Positions 95,563 to 109,299 of a DNA stretch of 248,000 bases are shown piece after piece (positions within the stretch are counted from its first letter, which is position 1; every line of letters begins with the position of its first letter). The translations under genes were made by a program, and so were the position numbers. Source of the stretch: Rhodosorus marinus CCMP1338 (Eukaryota; Plantae; Rhodophyta); assembly GCA_029953675.1 (NCBI GenBank), contig JAMWBK010000004.1, positions 1,012,001 to 1,260,000 on the forward strand, given 5' to 3'. The notes under the pieces were generated by a model, which made no database searches, had not been told where the DNA came from, and saw nothing but the letters and a program-made list of their open reading frames with translations.

Positions 95563-98500
95563 TTTTCTCGCTCAACTAACAAGATCAAGGAACAAGGCAA
95601 AAGCCTAAAACACAAGCAACAAACAGTAAACAAACAGGACTCTTAACCCGCACCCCGTTCAACTCCCTCCCCCCCTGCCACTATCAAACACGGTTCTATA
95701 TAGATATGTACATTCATGCAGATCGGCTAACTTCTTACAGTCAAAAATCGCCCACGCACATCTCCTAGATCATTTCTTGACGGAAAAACTCCCCCGGCAA
95801 TAAACGTTTTTTTTTTTCTTTTGCGTCATGAACAGGAACTGCCCTACGTGTTTTTCAACCCGAATAACCAAAAAAACCAACAAAAAAACCAACCGGATCC
95901 GGTTACATTCTCAAAATACGATTAAATTTTGCTTGACCTTCGCGATGAGAGGCCTGCTGGCCCCACTCGGAATTTGGAGGTTGAGAATCCAAGCAGCCGA
96001 ATTGAATTTTGATCAGATATAAAAACGGTAAATTAACTGTTAAATACGTTAATTGTAACGGATTATCTTAATTGTTTTTACCAAAACATTTAGATTTTAG
96101 ATTTTCTGGGTTATCGTAGACGGTTTTTCGGTTGAAATTGGCTGGACAGGGGTTGGGTCGATTAATATTCCACCGTAGAATGGACTGCATAAACGAGTTC
96201 AAGATGCCATTAATTCACGTTTATTTATATATTATCGTTTATTCTGTTTTATTATATCGTATATAAACTTTCAAGTGTTTTCGGAGAAGAGGGGGAGATG
96301 TTGGGGTCTAAGCCAGAGGTCAGTTAAAAAATTGAATTCGAGTTGGAGGCGGGAAATATCTGTCTTGGAAATTTTCTTCCAACGGAACTGTTCTATAAAT
96401 ACTGAAAATTACATGATAAGTTCTAACCTGCGCTAGCAATTATTCTTTCCAACTGTTTGTTTTGGAAAGCGAGCGAACTTTTTCAATCTAAAACCGTTAT
96501 AAGAAATCTGATGATCACAAATATAGAATTTCTGTTCTCTAAGATGTTTGTCCATAGATTAATAAATACCGTGCTATGGATATATATAGGCTGCCTCCTT
96601 TTTGTAAGCTTCTGGCAATTCCCGGCTGTCTCATTTGGAAAGAAAAAATTAGAAGTAGAGCAAGCCCCAGCTCAAATGCAATCAGAGAAATAGTCGTAAT
96701 AACTTGATATATTTTGAAAAAACAGGACCCTTTTCCAGGGGAAAAAAATCTCCAGCTCAGGAGCTCCTTACAACATAGCAAATATACATATACGTATACA
96801 TAATACGGTTATATACTTTTCAAAATATTTTTGTTTTTTGTGGGTTTATTGTAATTATAAATATACGGTGTTTCGTTTTCTAGTCGTGGCTTTTGGTTTG
96901 CTTTTTTTTCGCCTTTTGGCATCAAGGGTTCAAAAAAAAGGTTCATATTGAATATATGTATGCAATATTTATAATACGGTTTCGTATACTTTATTTTATT
97001 GATTAATTAATATATAAAAATTAATTACGGTCTGCGGGCATCGGGTGTAGTATTGTTTAGTAGTAGTTTTATTATGGAGGGGAGGAGGTTGAGACCAAGG
97101 AGTGGGATATCAACAGCTGATGGTGAACAAAGTTCACCGCCGCTTCTTCCTCTGGACTGCGACTGAACTTGTTTTTATAAGAATATTTGTTTCCGCGTAC
97201 TACCCCGTTTTGTTTTTGAATGTTTCCATAGTTGCGAGCTCGCAAAGGGGAAGCTACCATCCCACAACGGACCGGGAAAGGAACGAAGAGCGTTCCCGGG
97301 GGGGAAGGAGTTCGCCGATTAAAAGCCTGCGCGCACTCCCACAAGTAGCCAAGAGCTACAAGACCTGGCTATCTTGTTTGACTGTTTCGGTAAAAATTTG
97401 GCAGTAAAGATGGTCCGAGGGGAAGCGTGTATCGCGCAACACATATGTCTATATTCATTAATTAGCAGGTTAATAGACACTAGCATAGGGATTTCTGCTA
97501 CTTTTAGACACAAGGCGACCGAAAACTCCGTATGCAAACTTATCAGTGTTAGTGTCGATATATATTCAATGTTCGTAGAAGGGCGACCACCACTAGTTTT
97601 GAAATACACTTATTGGAACTGGATTTCCGCACGGTACGAATGACCCACGCCCGTGGTAAGGGCTGAATGAGCGCAAACGTACTAGCCACATAAGGTGTCG
97701 ATAAATAATCCCAATTCAATAGTTATCTAGGGCGAAATCGTCGTATTCCTCCTAATTGTCTCGGTTTTTAGGGCTATAGCTCAGACCTTGGTCTAGATGA
97801 ATTTGTTTGATAGGAGACTGAAGAAAAACCCCCCAGGCAAAAAAAGACTAAGCGGACGAAGATCGCCGGTGTTCGCGGAACAATTCCCGAAGCCACCCGT
97901 GGTCTAAATGAGGGTCGAGTGGTGACCAATGCTAAGGGCATAACTAAGCCCTAAATGTACCTCTCTGAATAATTTAGTAACGAAGAAAGCATACAGCCAG
98001 CAGTGGGAAGGCTGTACGCTGTGCCAGGTGACTGAGCCGTGGCAATGTTTGTCTCGCCAGGCTCTTCCTTGGGAACCAGTAGCATGGCGCGCACGAGGAG
98101 GCTGAATAGTTTGTTGGCAACTTTTCTCCTGGTTTCTGAAGCGTGTCGGTGACTAACAGTGCTGCGCCGGCTGGTGTTCTGTTTGAGACATCCCTTGCCA
98201 CTGTGGTGGTGCCGAGCCAGCAACCCCCCAAGGTCCTGTGGGTGTGGATTTCTGGTATCTAGATTCACCGAGGCACCTCTGCGTTTCCATCCTGCACTAA
98301 ATGCAATAGATATTTCCCGAGCGGGAATAGATTCTCTTGGGTGGGGTTTTTTGAGATGTTGGTTTTTTCTTTCCTGGACCTTTTGGACTTCTAGAGAGAT
98401 CAAGACAACGTTCTTTTTTTCTTGGAGAAAATGCTTTGAATATGGCTTATAGCAGAACACCTCCACGTCGTGACGCCGACCCCTAGCGATGGCCAACCGC

Positions 98501-101500
98501 TCCTTCTTTGCGAGCATCCAGGGTCAGGACTACATGACCAAGGAGGACATCAGTACTTTTGTGTAACGCCCGGCCCAAGGATCCGATCCGAAGCAACGCT
98601 CAACATGCATGGGACTGGGAGTGCCTGGCAGGGCTACAGAGATACTGGCTGCCGCAGCTACACTTCTTCGATCACCACGTCTATATAATCGCCCATCACA
98701 CCACGATCCAACTGCTCCGCGACTCTGCCAGCGCCGTGCACTTCAAACCTACCCGAGGCCACCTCCCCCGGGATCGATGCATCCAAGCGGTGAAGCTCTG
98801 AACCTCGCCACCCTGAAGCAGGAGAACGAACCTTGCCGAAGGAGCCGAAGAAGCCGATCCCTCACCTTGGAAACGTGGTTTTATTCAACAAACCCTCTCC
98901 AAGGAGGCACACCATGGAGCTTTCCAAAGGCTGGCTCCCACGAGCAAATTTCACATGAAGATCGGGCCAGAATTCAGTCCGCAGCTGGAGCCGGATCGAG
99001 AGTGTGGTTACGGGAAATGCCGACGCTCGCGCCGAAAAAAGCTGAGTTTAGCAGAACTGAAGTGAATAAACGACAGCTGTTGGGTTTGCAAATACCGGGA
99101 ATGAATTTATTTAATCGGAGGCTGAAAGAAAAAAGCCCCGAAGGGAAAACAAGACTAAGCGCGGCGAAGATCGCGCGCCTCCAATATCAAAAAGGCGTTC
99201 ATACGCCACAGTAAGAAACTTAAACCGGTAAACAACGAGGACAGACGGTCGGGCGATCGCGGAACAATTCCCGAAGCCAACGAGAACCAACGGAATCCAT
99301 AAGCCCAAAGCAGTCAATGACCAGAGGTACCAGGCGATGAGCTAGAGCCAGAGCACGAATCCCTGGGGAAGACAAGACCCCCGCATATTTCTACTATTTG
99401 CGACGTCTCATATTGGCAGCGGCAAATCCACGGCGCTCTCCCGCAGCCGGCAAATAGCGACTAGTTTGAGGGTTAGGAACGGGAAGATCAATGTAGGTCG
99501 TACGGCGGCTATCGTCACAGGTGACCGCGAGGTCAGCCACGCGGCGTTCATCATTCTGGTACTGGGAAACGGCGTCGGCCAAGTGTGAATGTGATAATGG
99601 GGCACGCCCTATGAGAGGGCCGTCCCTATCTGCCCTAGGCATATTGCGGTACTAATTTCAACGGCCTTGTCCGAATTTGTGCCCTATCCTACAGCCAAAT
99701 CGTCGATCATAACCGGTCCGCTCAAACTGTGATAACCTATCGCAGGCCGTGTGCAAGCCCCTATGCAAGCCCTATGGCCCTACGCCGGATGTTCTTCGGT
99801 GCGAACTCTAGGAGCCAATGAGAAGTTGTGGACTCGATGGGATGGGGTACGAGCTCGTAGATCGCTTCTGTTGGATGGTTAAGGGAGTAAGACGGATTAT
99901 GGTCGAACTTAGGGGTGTTATGGCGGAGGTGTGGTTGAAGTACATAGGTCTGCGGTTTCGAGTCTGACGTTTTAGCTATTGTTTTATCATGCACCCTTGA
100001 TCAAGCGAAGAGCTCTTCGTTTTAGAGAGCTGAGACGTACTATGATTGTTAAACGCGTTCCTTGTTTGCAGTCGATGGTAGCCAGGAGAGTTGTGGTCGA
100101 GTTCCTCCCCGGAGAACTGGCTGCGGTATCGTTTTCAATGGCGTGTTTATGTTTGGTTTGTGACTTACCACACCCGTTTACCACACGTTGAGTCCTTTTT
100201 TTTTGACTGCTTTCTGTTGCGGAGCATCTCTTCTCCTCCCATTGTTCGTTACTTTGAGAAGCGGATGCAAAAGTATCTCTTCGCTCTCTCCCAGCTTGGC
100301 TTTCTCCTCTAAGATCGTGTCCGAGATATCAGGATCAAGATGTGCTAAAGTATCAACCTCATCAACATTTTCTGGTACAGAATTTGTTTTCAAGCCTTCC
100401 TTTCCTGCTTCCGTTCTGGGAGCTGGTGAAGCCGTTGTTTACCCGGTTCGCATTGACTCTACCTCAAAGTTTCAATAGTGTATGAAGTTGAAATGTTCAT
100501 CATCATCCGTTTATTCAGAGCCTAAGTACCCCAAGGAAAAGCGAATGTTCCGTGAATTTCTGCTCACCGCAAGACACCAACGGCTAAGCAGGGAAGCATG
100601 CCGAGCGATGCAAGCTAGCATACTACAAGGAGGGCGTGGCGACGGAGCGTCCAGATAATTCATTCCGATTGCCGTCGAAACGTTCGGCCTGGCCAGATGA
100701 CCTAGGATTTTCTGCGAGAAGCCTGTGGTCACCTGCTGACCAAGCTGGACGAGCTGAGCACCACGAGGGCGCAAATCAACAGATTACCTTGGACGGAGAA
100801 CGCAGAGCTTGTGATCTTTGCGGGTGGATCAGTCGGACCAGTCACTGATCGCTTATTTTTCTTTTCGTCGCAGCTAAAGACCCCGGGGTGTGGAGTTAAG
100901 TTTAATCAATTTCCCTCGATAGTAAGCGCTCCCCACAGTGAAGGAAGCGCTGGATAGTTTCACACCCTCGTACAGGTTGTCCCCTCTTCATCACCGCAAT
101001 GTTTAGGTTCGCCGTCTCAAGCAAGGCCTGCTCCTCTGGCCATTTTTCAGTCTCAATTCCTGAGTGAGCGGGCATTACCACTTCCCGAATGATCGCGTGT
101101 TGTACCAAAAATAACTTATTCGTGAAGGTATGCTCTGTACGTTTCGTTCTCCTTCGACGCCAAAAGCGGGGAAAATGACCCGGCCAGAAAATTATAACAA
101201 TGAGAATTGCCGCCAACCGAGGTGGAAACAAAAATCAACTTTTTCGCGGCAACCCAAATGCTATCGAAAGTCCTCTTTTTTTCCTGGACGCATAGAAACG
101301 GTATTGACGGCTGTGGCAGCAGGAGTATTCGATGACCACGACACCAAACAATGCCAAAGCACGTGGAAATATTGATTGATAGTAGACGATTGCCGCAATA
101401 TTGACTGCTTTCCGTTGAAATCCTTCCATTTCCTGCAGATTCGGCAGACTCGCGTTGGCTAGTAGAGCCAGGATTCAATTACTATTTATTACAGGCGATA

Positions 101501-104500
101501 AACACTGCCTTTTAGATATAAATCTTCGGGAGTTGTTCCGCGAACGCCCTGACCGTCTTCAATCGTTGTTTACCCGCTTAAGTTTCCTGCTGTGGCGCAT
101601 GAATGCCGCTTTGATGTTGGAGGCGCGAGTACTTCGCCGCGCTTAGTCTTTTTTTCCGCTCGGGGGTTTTTTTTTTCAGCCTCCGATTAAACCATTCGTT
101701 CGTTCGTTAGATATAAAAGAATCCTTTTCGGTGAATTTTTTTGCTTAACCACGACGATTCCAGGTCGGATGCTTGGTGTTTATTTAATGGTTTATTTTCC
101801 CAGGCAGTTGAAAATAGTTGATATTATTGGCCGCTGCGGTAGCTCTTTCTTCGGGACACGCCAAACGTTGCTATATGTGGAGGTGAAACGAGGTAAGAAA
101901 AGGGTGATACCTGAAAATCAATTGTAAAAAACAAAGTTATCGGAATCGGGAAGGTCCTATAACTTCATTGGTTAATACGAAATGTTCTTGTCCAATGAAA
102001 TAGTTGTTTCTGCTGACAAAGAGCCTATCGTTTTGTTTTCGTAAGATTCATGTCGTGACTAAGTAGTGGGTCGGGTTTCTTGTATAGGAGAAATCTTTTT
102101 GTTCGGCGAAGTACAATTATCAAAGAAATTTGTTCTTCTTTTTTTTTGGTGGTGGGGGCAACACGCGTCAGGACGGCAGTCGCGTCGGGCTGTTTGACGG
102201 TGAAATACCACTTTTTATTGGCGAAGATAGACGGCGGTACGTGAAAAAGAGAAGAACTAGAAAAGCACTGGCGTGGTAGACAAATCAAAAACAGTTGATG
102301 GGTTTGTTTGTATATTGGCAATAATTGCCCTGAGATGTCGTTGGGTGTGTAGCAGGATCAGGATACTAAAGCGTCCATGGAAATGAATAGCCTGAATGAG
102401 AGAGGCTAAGCAGGAACTGGAGATGGGTAATACAATTCCCGCCATTATTGCTCCTCGTACAAATTGATTGTACGGACTCTGCTAGTCGCAAGCGGGGATG
102501 CCCCAACCGGATGTTGCTCTGAGATCTGCATTGTGGTTTAGTCGCGGCTTTATGGGCTTCGAAGAGGTGCGCTGCCAAACCAGTTACCGACTCACTACTC
102601 CGATCAAAACTCTGAAATTCTTCCCTGCCCAGGGAACTTCCTAAATGGCAGTGTAGCGGAAACGCTGAAACTGTTGGACAGCGCATGGATTCACGATCAT
102701 CCCCTCGCTTCGCAATAGTACGCACATATAAGCTCAGTAGCAGAGATCAGCAGAAACCCCAGAGTACAGCGGAGACAACTCCCAGCTGAGAAGATGTTTT
102801 CCACGGAAGGCCTACGCTCGATTAACTCTCGGACGAAGGTTCACCATGCACCAACTATTACGGCAGAACCAAACGTTCCATTCTCCTGCTGCACCTCCCA
102901 CACGTTCTGTCTCAACCAAACTCCCCTCCTGAAAATTGATCAGTGCTCTACATACTATCAACACACCAATCATCTACTATCACTAGACATCCGTCCCACT
103001 TCTCTAGAGAGGATGTGACGATCCAGCAGTCCAGCATTCCAAGCAATGTCCCGCTGAGCTAAATCTGCTCACCCCGTTAAATTTCTCCAGATCCTCGGCT
103101 TCTTGCGTGTATGTCCGCTTTGTCTGCATGTCCAGATCTTCTGTTTCAGGATCTTCCAGTTGTTTTTCTGTAGATTTCTCTGAGGTTTTGGGGTCCTCCG
103201 AGTTTTTGGAGAACGTCAGGTTTGACGGCGAAAACAAGAGCGGGGTTACGTTAGTACCTTGGGGGGCCGGCTAAGCACTCATCGCGGGAACTCAAAATTC
103301 ACCCGAAGTTTCTTCCTTTTTTGTCCCGTCTGGTTCGTCATTTGTCATGAGGTGGGTCACCACCAATTTCTAAAAAAACGTGTCAGCACATCCTTTTCAC
103401 TGAAACGACAATGTTTTCAATTTCGTTTTCTTCTCTTTTGTCTGGTGTGCAGACTAAAGCGGAGGGAGGGAGGTGGTCCCATCGTGACAAACGAAATTTC
103501 TCGTATCGATTCAGACTCGTGAGGAAGTGAGTGGATATCGAAACGAAACGAAATTTCTCGTATCGATTCAGACTCGTGAGGAAGTGAGTGGATAGCACGG
103601 ACTCGTTGGTGAATAGTGAATTTGTTTAATCGGGCAAGTCCATTCACTGAGGTCCGAAATCCCTCATTTGACGCGGGACGCCCAATTTTTTCTTTTGAGG
103701 TGCAACAAAAATAGAAAAGAGGGACGAAAACAAATCCCTCTAAACTAGCTAAAATGGAAATTTATTTTTTGAACGAGTACCACTCCACGTCAGAGACAAG
103801 AAGAGCGGCTGAACCTTCACCAACCCAAAGGCCTGTAAAAAAGAAGATATGGGAAAAGAGAGCCCGCGACAAACGTGCGCTTGTTCATTTGTAGAGGCAG
103901 CTTTTGGGTGGCCGTCCCATCCCACGCTCCCGATTGAAAAAAAGAATGGCTTTTGATGTTTTCGTTGTAGTTTTATTCCAAAACCAAGAAACGCAGCAGC
104001 GCCACAAAAAGCCGCAACCTCGAGCAATCTAGTTTATTTGATATATTTCAATCTACCGTATCTTTGAATTATATGTATCTACATACCTGGGGGTCGTGGC
104101 GAACTATTTTATTGCTTTTATATACATACCTTTTGCGATGAATTATTACCTCTTTTACATTGTTCTTCATGACCGAGAATTTCTCGTTCCGCCCCCTAAG
104201 GGTCTGACTCCACTCATCGCAACAAGAACTTCAACCCGCTGCAAACACTTCTCAATTTCGCAGCAGCATGAGAAGAATAAGTGTATATTCCTGATCCGAG
104301 CTTATCAACTGTTTCGTATTTGGCAAGATAAGTCATCCCCATACATATCCTTAGACTAACGCACTCCATAAAATCACCTTCTCTAACCCCGGCCTTCTCT
104401 CCTCTGCACCAAAGCCCTCCAGACTACCAAAATAAAGACCAAAAAGCTTGCCCACGTGTGGACCATTTCATTATACGAACTCAATTTTGTTTTCACAACG

Positions 104501-105459
104501 AATGTTAATTACTAAAAACAAAAATGATACGTGTAAATTTAATTCCAATCTACACTTCTATCACTACAGTTTACAACTTTCAAAAACACTGATAGTTTCG
104601 TGTATTTCGACCCACACATCTATTAGAAAACCAAAATTTCGGGAAGCTGTCAGACCATCTGCACCACGTGAATTGGGAACGGTTAAATGATACCTCCGAG
104701 TTGTTACCACGTAAAACAAAAATAGATACGACGTGGTGTGTCGAATTTCTTTGCAATTAAATAAAAAAATTCTGTTGAGGAGGAATGAGACTTTTGAAGG
104801 GGGAGGAAGGGGGTGGGGGAGGAGGAGAGTATTTGTTCAACAAGTACCAAACCCGTCCCCCCCTTCGACGTGTCTAGGATGATAAACTCTCAACAGACCT
104901 AGCAAAATGTATTTCTTCATGGGAACAACGTACAAACCCTCACAGAAGGCTCTTATTGAGATATATATTCATGCTGCAAAACACAATCACCCCCCTTTGT
105001 TGCTGAATGCCAATTATCTCCAAGTTTCCATCCAAGGGGTTGGCGGGAGGAGGGGAGGGGATGGAGGCTTGGTGAAAATTGGCATCTTGCTCGGCTTTGA
105101 GAGAGTCAAGTCTTGGAGACAATTTTTGCTTTGCTTTCCTCTGGCTCTCGTTCAGATGATTGAGTTGAGGTGATGAGTTAGTGTTCACACTTGTGACTCA
105201 CTCTCTCTTCTCTCTCGCAGGACACCCACCCGGGAGTGTTAATTTTCCAGCAAACCAGAGTTGAGGTGCATTGGGAAGTTGTATAGAAATGGTTCATAGG
105301 TATATTGAAAGGCTGGGGGTGGAGACGGGAGTTGGGTGAGAGGAGAGTTGGGGTGAGCGAACCAATGGTGATATTTGCGCAATGCGGTAGGTAGCTGCCT
105401 AGTACAAGGCTACTGGGCGGGGGGAAGGTTTTGGGGTAATATATTAGGCTTTTTTCAAA

Positions 105460-108400
105460 ATGGGGAAATTTGTGTTTCTTGTTTTGGTTTTGTTGGGTTT
105501 GGTAGGATGGGGTGGGGTGGGGGGTGTGGTTGTGGAGATGGAGGATATTGTACATGAGACAGTTCTGGAGGGTGAGTTTGAGGTCCCAATAGATATTGAC
105601 TGGATTCCTGGGGATCCTCCGCGGATGATCTTGTGCGACAAGAGCGGGGTGATTTACTTGCAGATCGACGGGGTGCTGCAGTCGAAGCCTTTTTTAGATA
105701 TCTCGGATAAAGTCGTGAGCTTTGGCGATAGGGGGTTGGTGTCCTGTCTGATTGACAAGGAGTTTGAAAAGCGTCCGTTCCTGTACGTCTCCTACGTCGA
105801 CAACAGAGTCAATAATCCCGCGGATGGTCCCTTGTCCGGTAAGGTCGCCAGGTACGCAGTGGAGAGTGATCTTAGCTCTGCTTCGGAGGAGGAGGTCGTA
105901 TTGTTGGGTACGGAAACCCCGCCGCCGGAGGGATGCGGTACCACACCATCGATTGGAAAGAAGGACATCCTCTGTCTGGATACGAGACACCACAACCTCG
106001 GAGGATTGACGATGAGCCCGGGGGGAAATCTTTACGTGGGAATTGGAGATGCGGCGATGCCCGTGGTATTTGATGGGCTGCCCTTGCGGGCTCAGGATCC
106101 AGACTTTGCTGTGGGCAAGATCTACTGCATCATGCCGAACGGTTTGGCGTGTGCGGATAATCCCTTTGTGGATGACGAAGGTAACCGGACGTCGAACCGG
106201 GCAAAGCTCCACAATTATGGAACGAGGAATCCCTTCAGACTCAACTGGGACCCCGTACTTGGCGTCCCACTGGTCGGCCAGGTCGGGCACTCAACGATCG
106301 AGAGCCTGTTCCCAGGGTACCCGTTATCGAACTTTGGATGGCCGTGCATAGAAGGGAACGAGGTGAATGTAAAGACGACCGAGCAACCGGTCTGTGTGGA
106401 TATGGCGGATGGGGCAATCAAGGTGGAAAGTCCATTATGGGCATACTCCCACGACTTAGGCACGTCGATAACGGGAGCCGCGCGGTTAACCTCTTCAATC
106501 TGGCCGTCCAACCTGAGAGGTTTGATCGCGGTCTGCGACTATACTAAGCAATGGATCAAGCTCATTGAGGTGGACGAGGGTGGCATCGTCGGCAGACCTA
106601 AGGACTTGCTGTCGGACTTGAAGGGACCCGTACAGTTGAAGCAGGGTCCAGATGGGTGGCTATACTACCTATCGTTGGTTGGCAGGAAGGTGGTCAGAAT
106701 ACGCTACGAGGAGGATGAAAGCGTGCCCGAGGTGGTGAGGGTTCACCCGCCTGCCATGGCTGAGAACGTGGAGGTCACTGAGGTGTTGAGAGTCAAATTC
106801 TCCAAGCAGATCGACGAGCGGACAATCAGCGGGCAGAATATTTGGGCGGCCAAACGAGCGACCGAGGAGCGGGTGGAAGCGACGCTGGAATGGGATCCGG
106901 CGACGAAGGAAGTGGTTATTCGGCCTGTGAGTCGACTTTATAAAATGACATACTATGTGGTGACGGTGCTGGCGGACATTGAGGATGGTCGGGGCCAGAA
107001 ACTGAAGAGCAAATTTATGTCAAGCTTCATGACGGGAACTGGCCTCTCGGTCTACCTGTCGGACCTTCCTTTCCTAACGGAGCAAAACGGCATCAAGTCC
107101 GTGCCGGTGCTCCGTGACCTTCAGCAGTTTCTGGATTTGGAGCAAGTACAACCTCCCATATCCTTGCGGGGGGTGAGTTACGAAAAAGGTATTGGCGTGG
107201 TATGCCGTTCTACAGTTAAAGTTGCGCTTCCCGAGGAGTGCAAGAGGTTCCAGTCGTACGTCGGAGTGGATGATCTGAGGAAGGCGTTGGAGACCGTCGA
107301 GCTATTTTTCAAGGTGCGCAAGTTTTCTCCTGGTGCTGGTGCAGAGACGCTCTACGAGGACATATCTGCGTTGACCAGATCCAAACGGGCCAAGCTTATC
107401 GATGTGAATGTGAGAGGGGCGGAAACGGTGACGATAAGCTGCCGAAAGTCGGATGTAACGAGGTTCGGCCTGGCCATAGGATCTTGGGCCGATGCTAAGT
107501 TCAGATGCGGCGATTACGATAGAAATAGGCCCGAGGTTGTGAGGATGGAACCGGTGGGGCGCCTCAGGATATGGGAAGCCATCACCGTGGTCTTCAGCGA
107601 GCCCATGGACATAATCAGCTCACTAGAGGCCACTGAAATGCTGCTTCCTATTGCACTTGGCGGGTACGAGATTGGCTTTACCGCCAAGTTCAGTGCGGAC
107701 CAAACGCAGATGATCATCCAACCCAACCAGCAGCTGCTCTACGACACCACTTACCTGGTGACGATCAAATCGTCCGCGCGGGATCTTGCTGGGAACGAAC
107801 TTCGTGGCGACGTCAAGCACGAGTTTATGACGACGACCATCTACCCCCGGGGACTGAAAGTTCGACTAGCTGAGCTCACCGTGCAGGTGGTGGATCCGCC
107901 GGAAGCGTTCACCACTTCCAGCGAAGGCAGAAACGCGGTCCTCAGACTCAGATCCGATGTGAGCGTCGAGTACATGGCCCCCGGAGTATGCAGGACGCTC
108001 AAGATGAATGTCGCAGCAAATCCATCCGGCTCGGACCTAGACTTCAAGGTCACCGGCGACCGGGGACAGAGTCTCTGCCGGTCTCGTGGGATTCGTGGTT
108101 CGGATGAACCGATCCATCTGGAGTGCAGTCTCAAAGATCAGAACACGTTCAAGCTGGTCGCCACCGGCGGAACGGGCGTTGTGCGCGTCCTCGATGCGGT
108201 GCTGGAGTGTTCCAGCGAGGCCAAACAGTCGCGGTGCCTTTTCGACTCGGATATGCCAGAGTCCTTCCGCGTGCACGACAATATCAGCTTTGGCGCGAAA
108301 TGCTACAACTATAAAGGCGACCTGATCCCGGCGTCCATGTACGTATTCACAGTTAAGCTGATCCACTGCCAGACGATCTGTCATGCGCACGTTGAGCTCG

Positions 108401-108768
108401 TGCGCGAACGGCAGGACAACGGACAGTACACAGTTCCAGACCACGGCGATTTTTTCTTTGTTGAGATCGATCTCGCGATTAGCGACAACAGAAACGTGAT
108501 TGTTGCTTCGACACAGATTCGACCGCAGACCGTCACCGTCGGGGTTACAACTATGCCATCAGGTCTTAAGGTCGCAGTGGACTCCCTCTCAGGCCCATCG
108601 CCGCTCAAATCGATTGTAGTCGTCGGTGCGAACTTCACCGTGAACGTTCCGACAAAGTCTTACGGCGGAGACTTTCAGGGGTGGGATGACAACCCTAGCG
108701 TGGGCCCCACGAGATCGTTCCTGTTCAATACGCCGGGAACCAGAGACTACAACGCCTTCTATTCATGA
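105460..108768 (+). CDS. Secreted glucose/sorbosone-type sugar dehydrogenase with Ig-like (Big_5), NPCBM and second Ig domains
   Basis: HNLGGLTMSPGGNLYVGIGD, YGTRNPFR; P.NGA.-like Ig repeats V.FS..ID; ISLRGVSYEKGIGV..FQSYVGVDD (NPCBM). Confidence 0.85.
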   Translation: MGKFVFLVLVLLGLVGWGGVGGVVVEMEDIVHETVLEGEFEVPIDIDWIPGDPPRMILCDKSGVIYLQIDGVLQSKPFLDISDKVVSFGDRGLVSCLIDKEFEKRPFLYVSYVDNRVNNPADGPLSGKVARYAVESDLSSASEEEVVLLGTETPPPEGCGTTPSIGKKDILCLDTRHHNLGGLTMSPGGNLYVGIGDAAMPVVFDGLPLRAQDPDFAVGKIYCIMPNGLACADNPFVDDEGNRTSNRAKLHNYGTRNPFRLNWDPVLGVPLVGQVGHSTIESLFPGYPLSNFGWPCIEGNEVNVKTTEQPVCVDMADGAIKVESPLWAYSHDLGTSITGAARLTSSIWPSNLRGLIAVCDYTKQWIKLIEVDEGGIVGRPKDLLSDLKGPVQLKQGPDGWLYYLSLVGRKVVRIRYEEDESVPEVVRVHPPAMAENVEVTEVLRVKFSKQIDERTISGQNIWAAKRATEERVEATLEWDPATKEVVIRPVSRLYKMTYYVVTVLADIEDGRGQKLKSKFMSSFMTGTGLSVYLSDLPFLTEQNGIKSVPVLRDLQQFLDLEQVQPPISLRGVSYEKGIGVVCRSTVKVALPEECKRFQSYVGVDDLRKALETVELFFKVRKFSPGAGAETLYEDISALTRSKRAKLIDVNVRGAETVTISCRKSDVTRFGLAIGSWADAKFRCGDYDRNRPEVVRMEPVGRLRIWEAITVVFSEPMDIISSLEATEMLLPIALGGYEIGFTAKFSADQTQMIIQPNQQLLYDTTYLVTIKSSARDLAGNELRGDVKHEFMTTTIYPRGLKVRLAELTVQVVDPPEAFTTSSEGRNAVLRLRSDVSVEYMAPGVCRTLKMNVAANPSGSDLDFKVTGDRGQSLCRSRGIRGSDEPIHLECSLKDQNTFKLVATGGTGVVRVLDAVLECSSEAKQSRCLFDSDMPESFRVHDNISFGAKCYNYKGDLIPASMYVFTVKLIHCQTICHAHVELVRERQDNGQYTVPDHGDFFFVEIDLAISDNRNVIVASTQIRPQTVTVGVTTMPSGLKVAVDSLSGPSPLKSIVVVGANFTVNVPTKSYGGDFQGWDDNPSVGPTRSFLFNTPGTRDYNAFYS

Positions 108769-109299
108769 GCGGGAAGAAGAGGAAGAGGAGGCACTGAGGA
108801 ACTCTCTTAGCTCTATAGAGAAATCCATACGATGGGGCGCTTGTGATGAGCTTCGCTGGGACCAGTGCAGATCTGAATTTGGACCTCCCTATGAAGCTCC
108901 CACGTGAGCTCTGAATACGTGTTAGTCAAATTCTGTAAGTTATGTGAAGTAGATATTCGGAATAGAACTTTCCTTCAGAACGCCCAACACGACGGCGCTC
109001 ATGAGTGTTCACAGCGATTGCCCAGATTCAGATCACACCCTAGGACTATAAAAAACGTGGCGTGGTGGTTTCAATCAGGGTGTAGAGGAGATTCTTCTCA
109101 ACACTTCAAAAAAGCCCTAAAAATACATCCACTTCATCTGTCCCTTTCCAGCTGTTCCATCGGACTAGCCACAGACCATCAAAACCTTATTTACATGAAG
109201 CTAAATCGCATTGGATGGGATGGTTTACATTGGCTATGAGAATGGTTGGATCGCTTGCACTCAATGGACCAGTATATCTGTGCTACTATAAGCAGTCAG

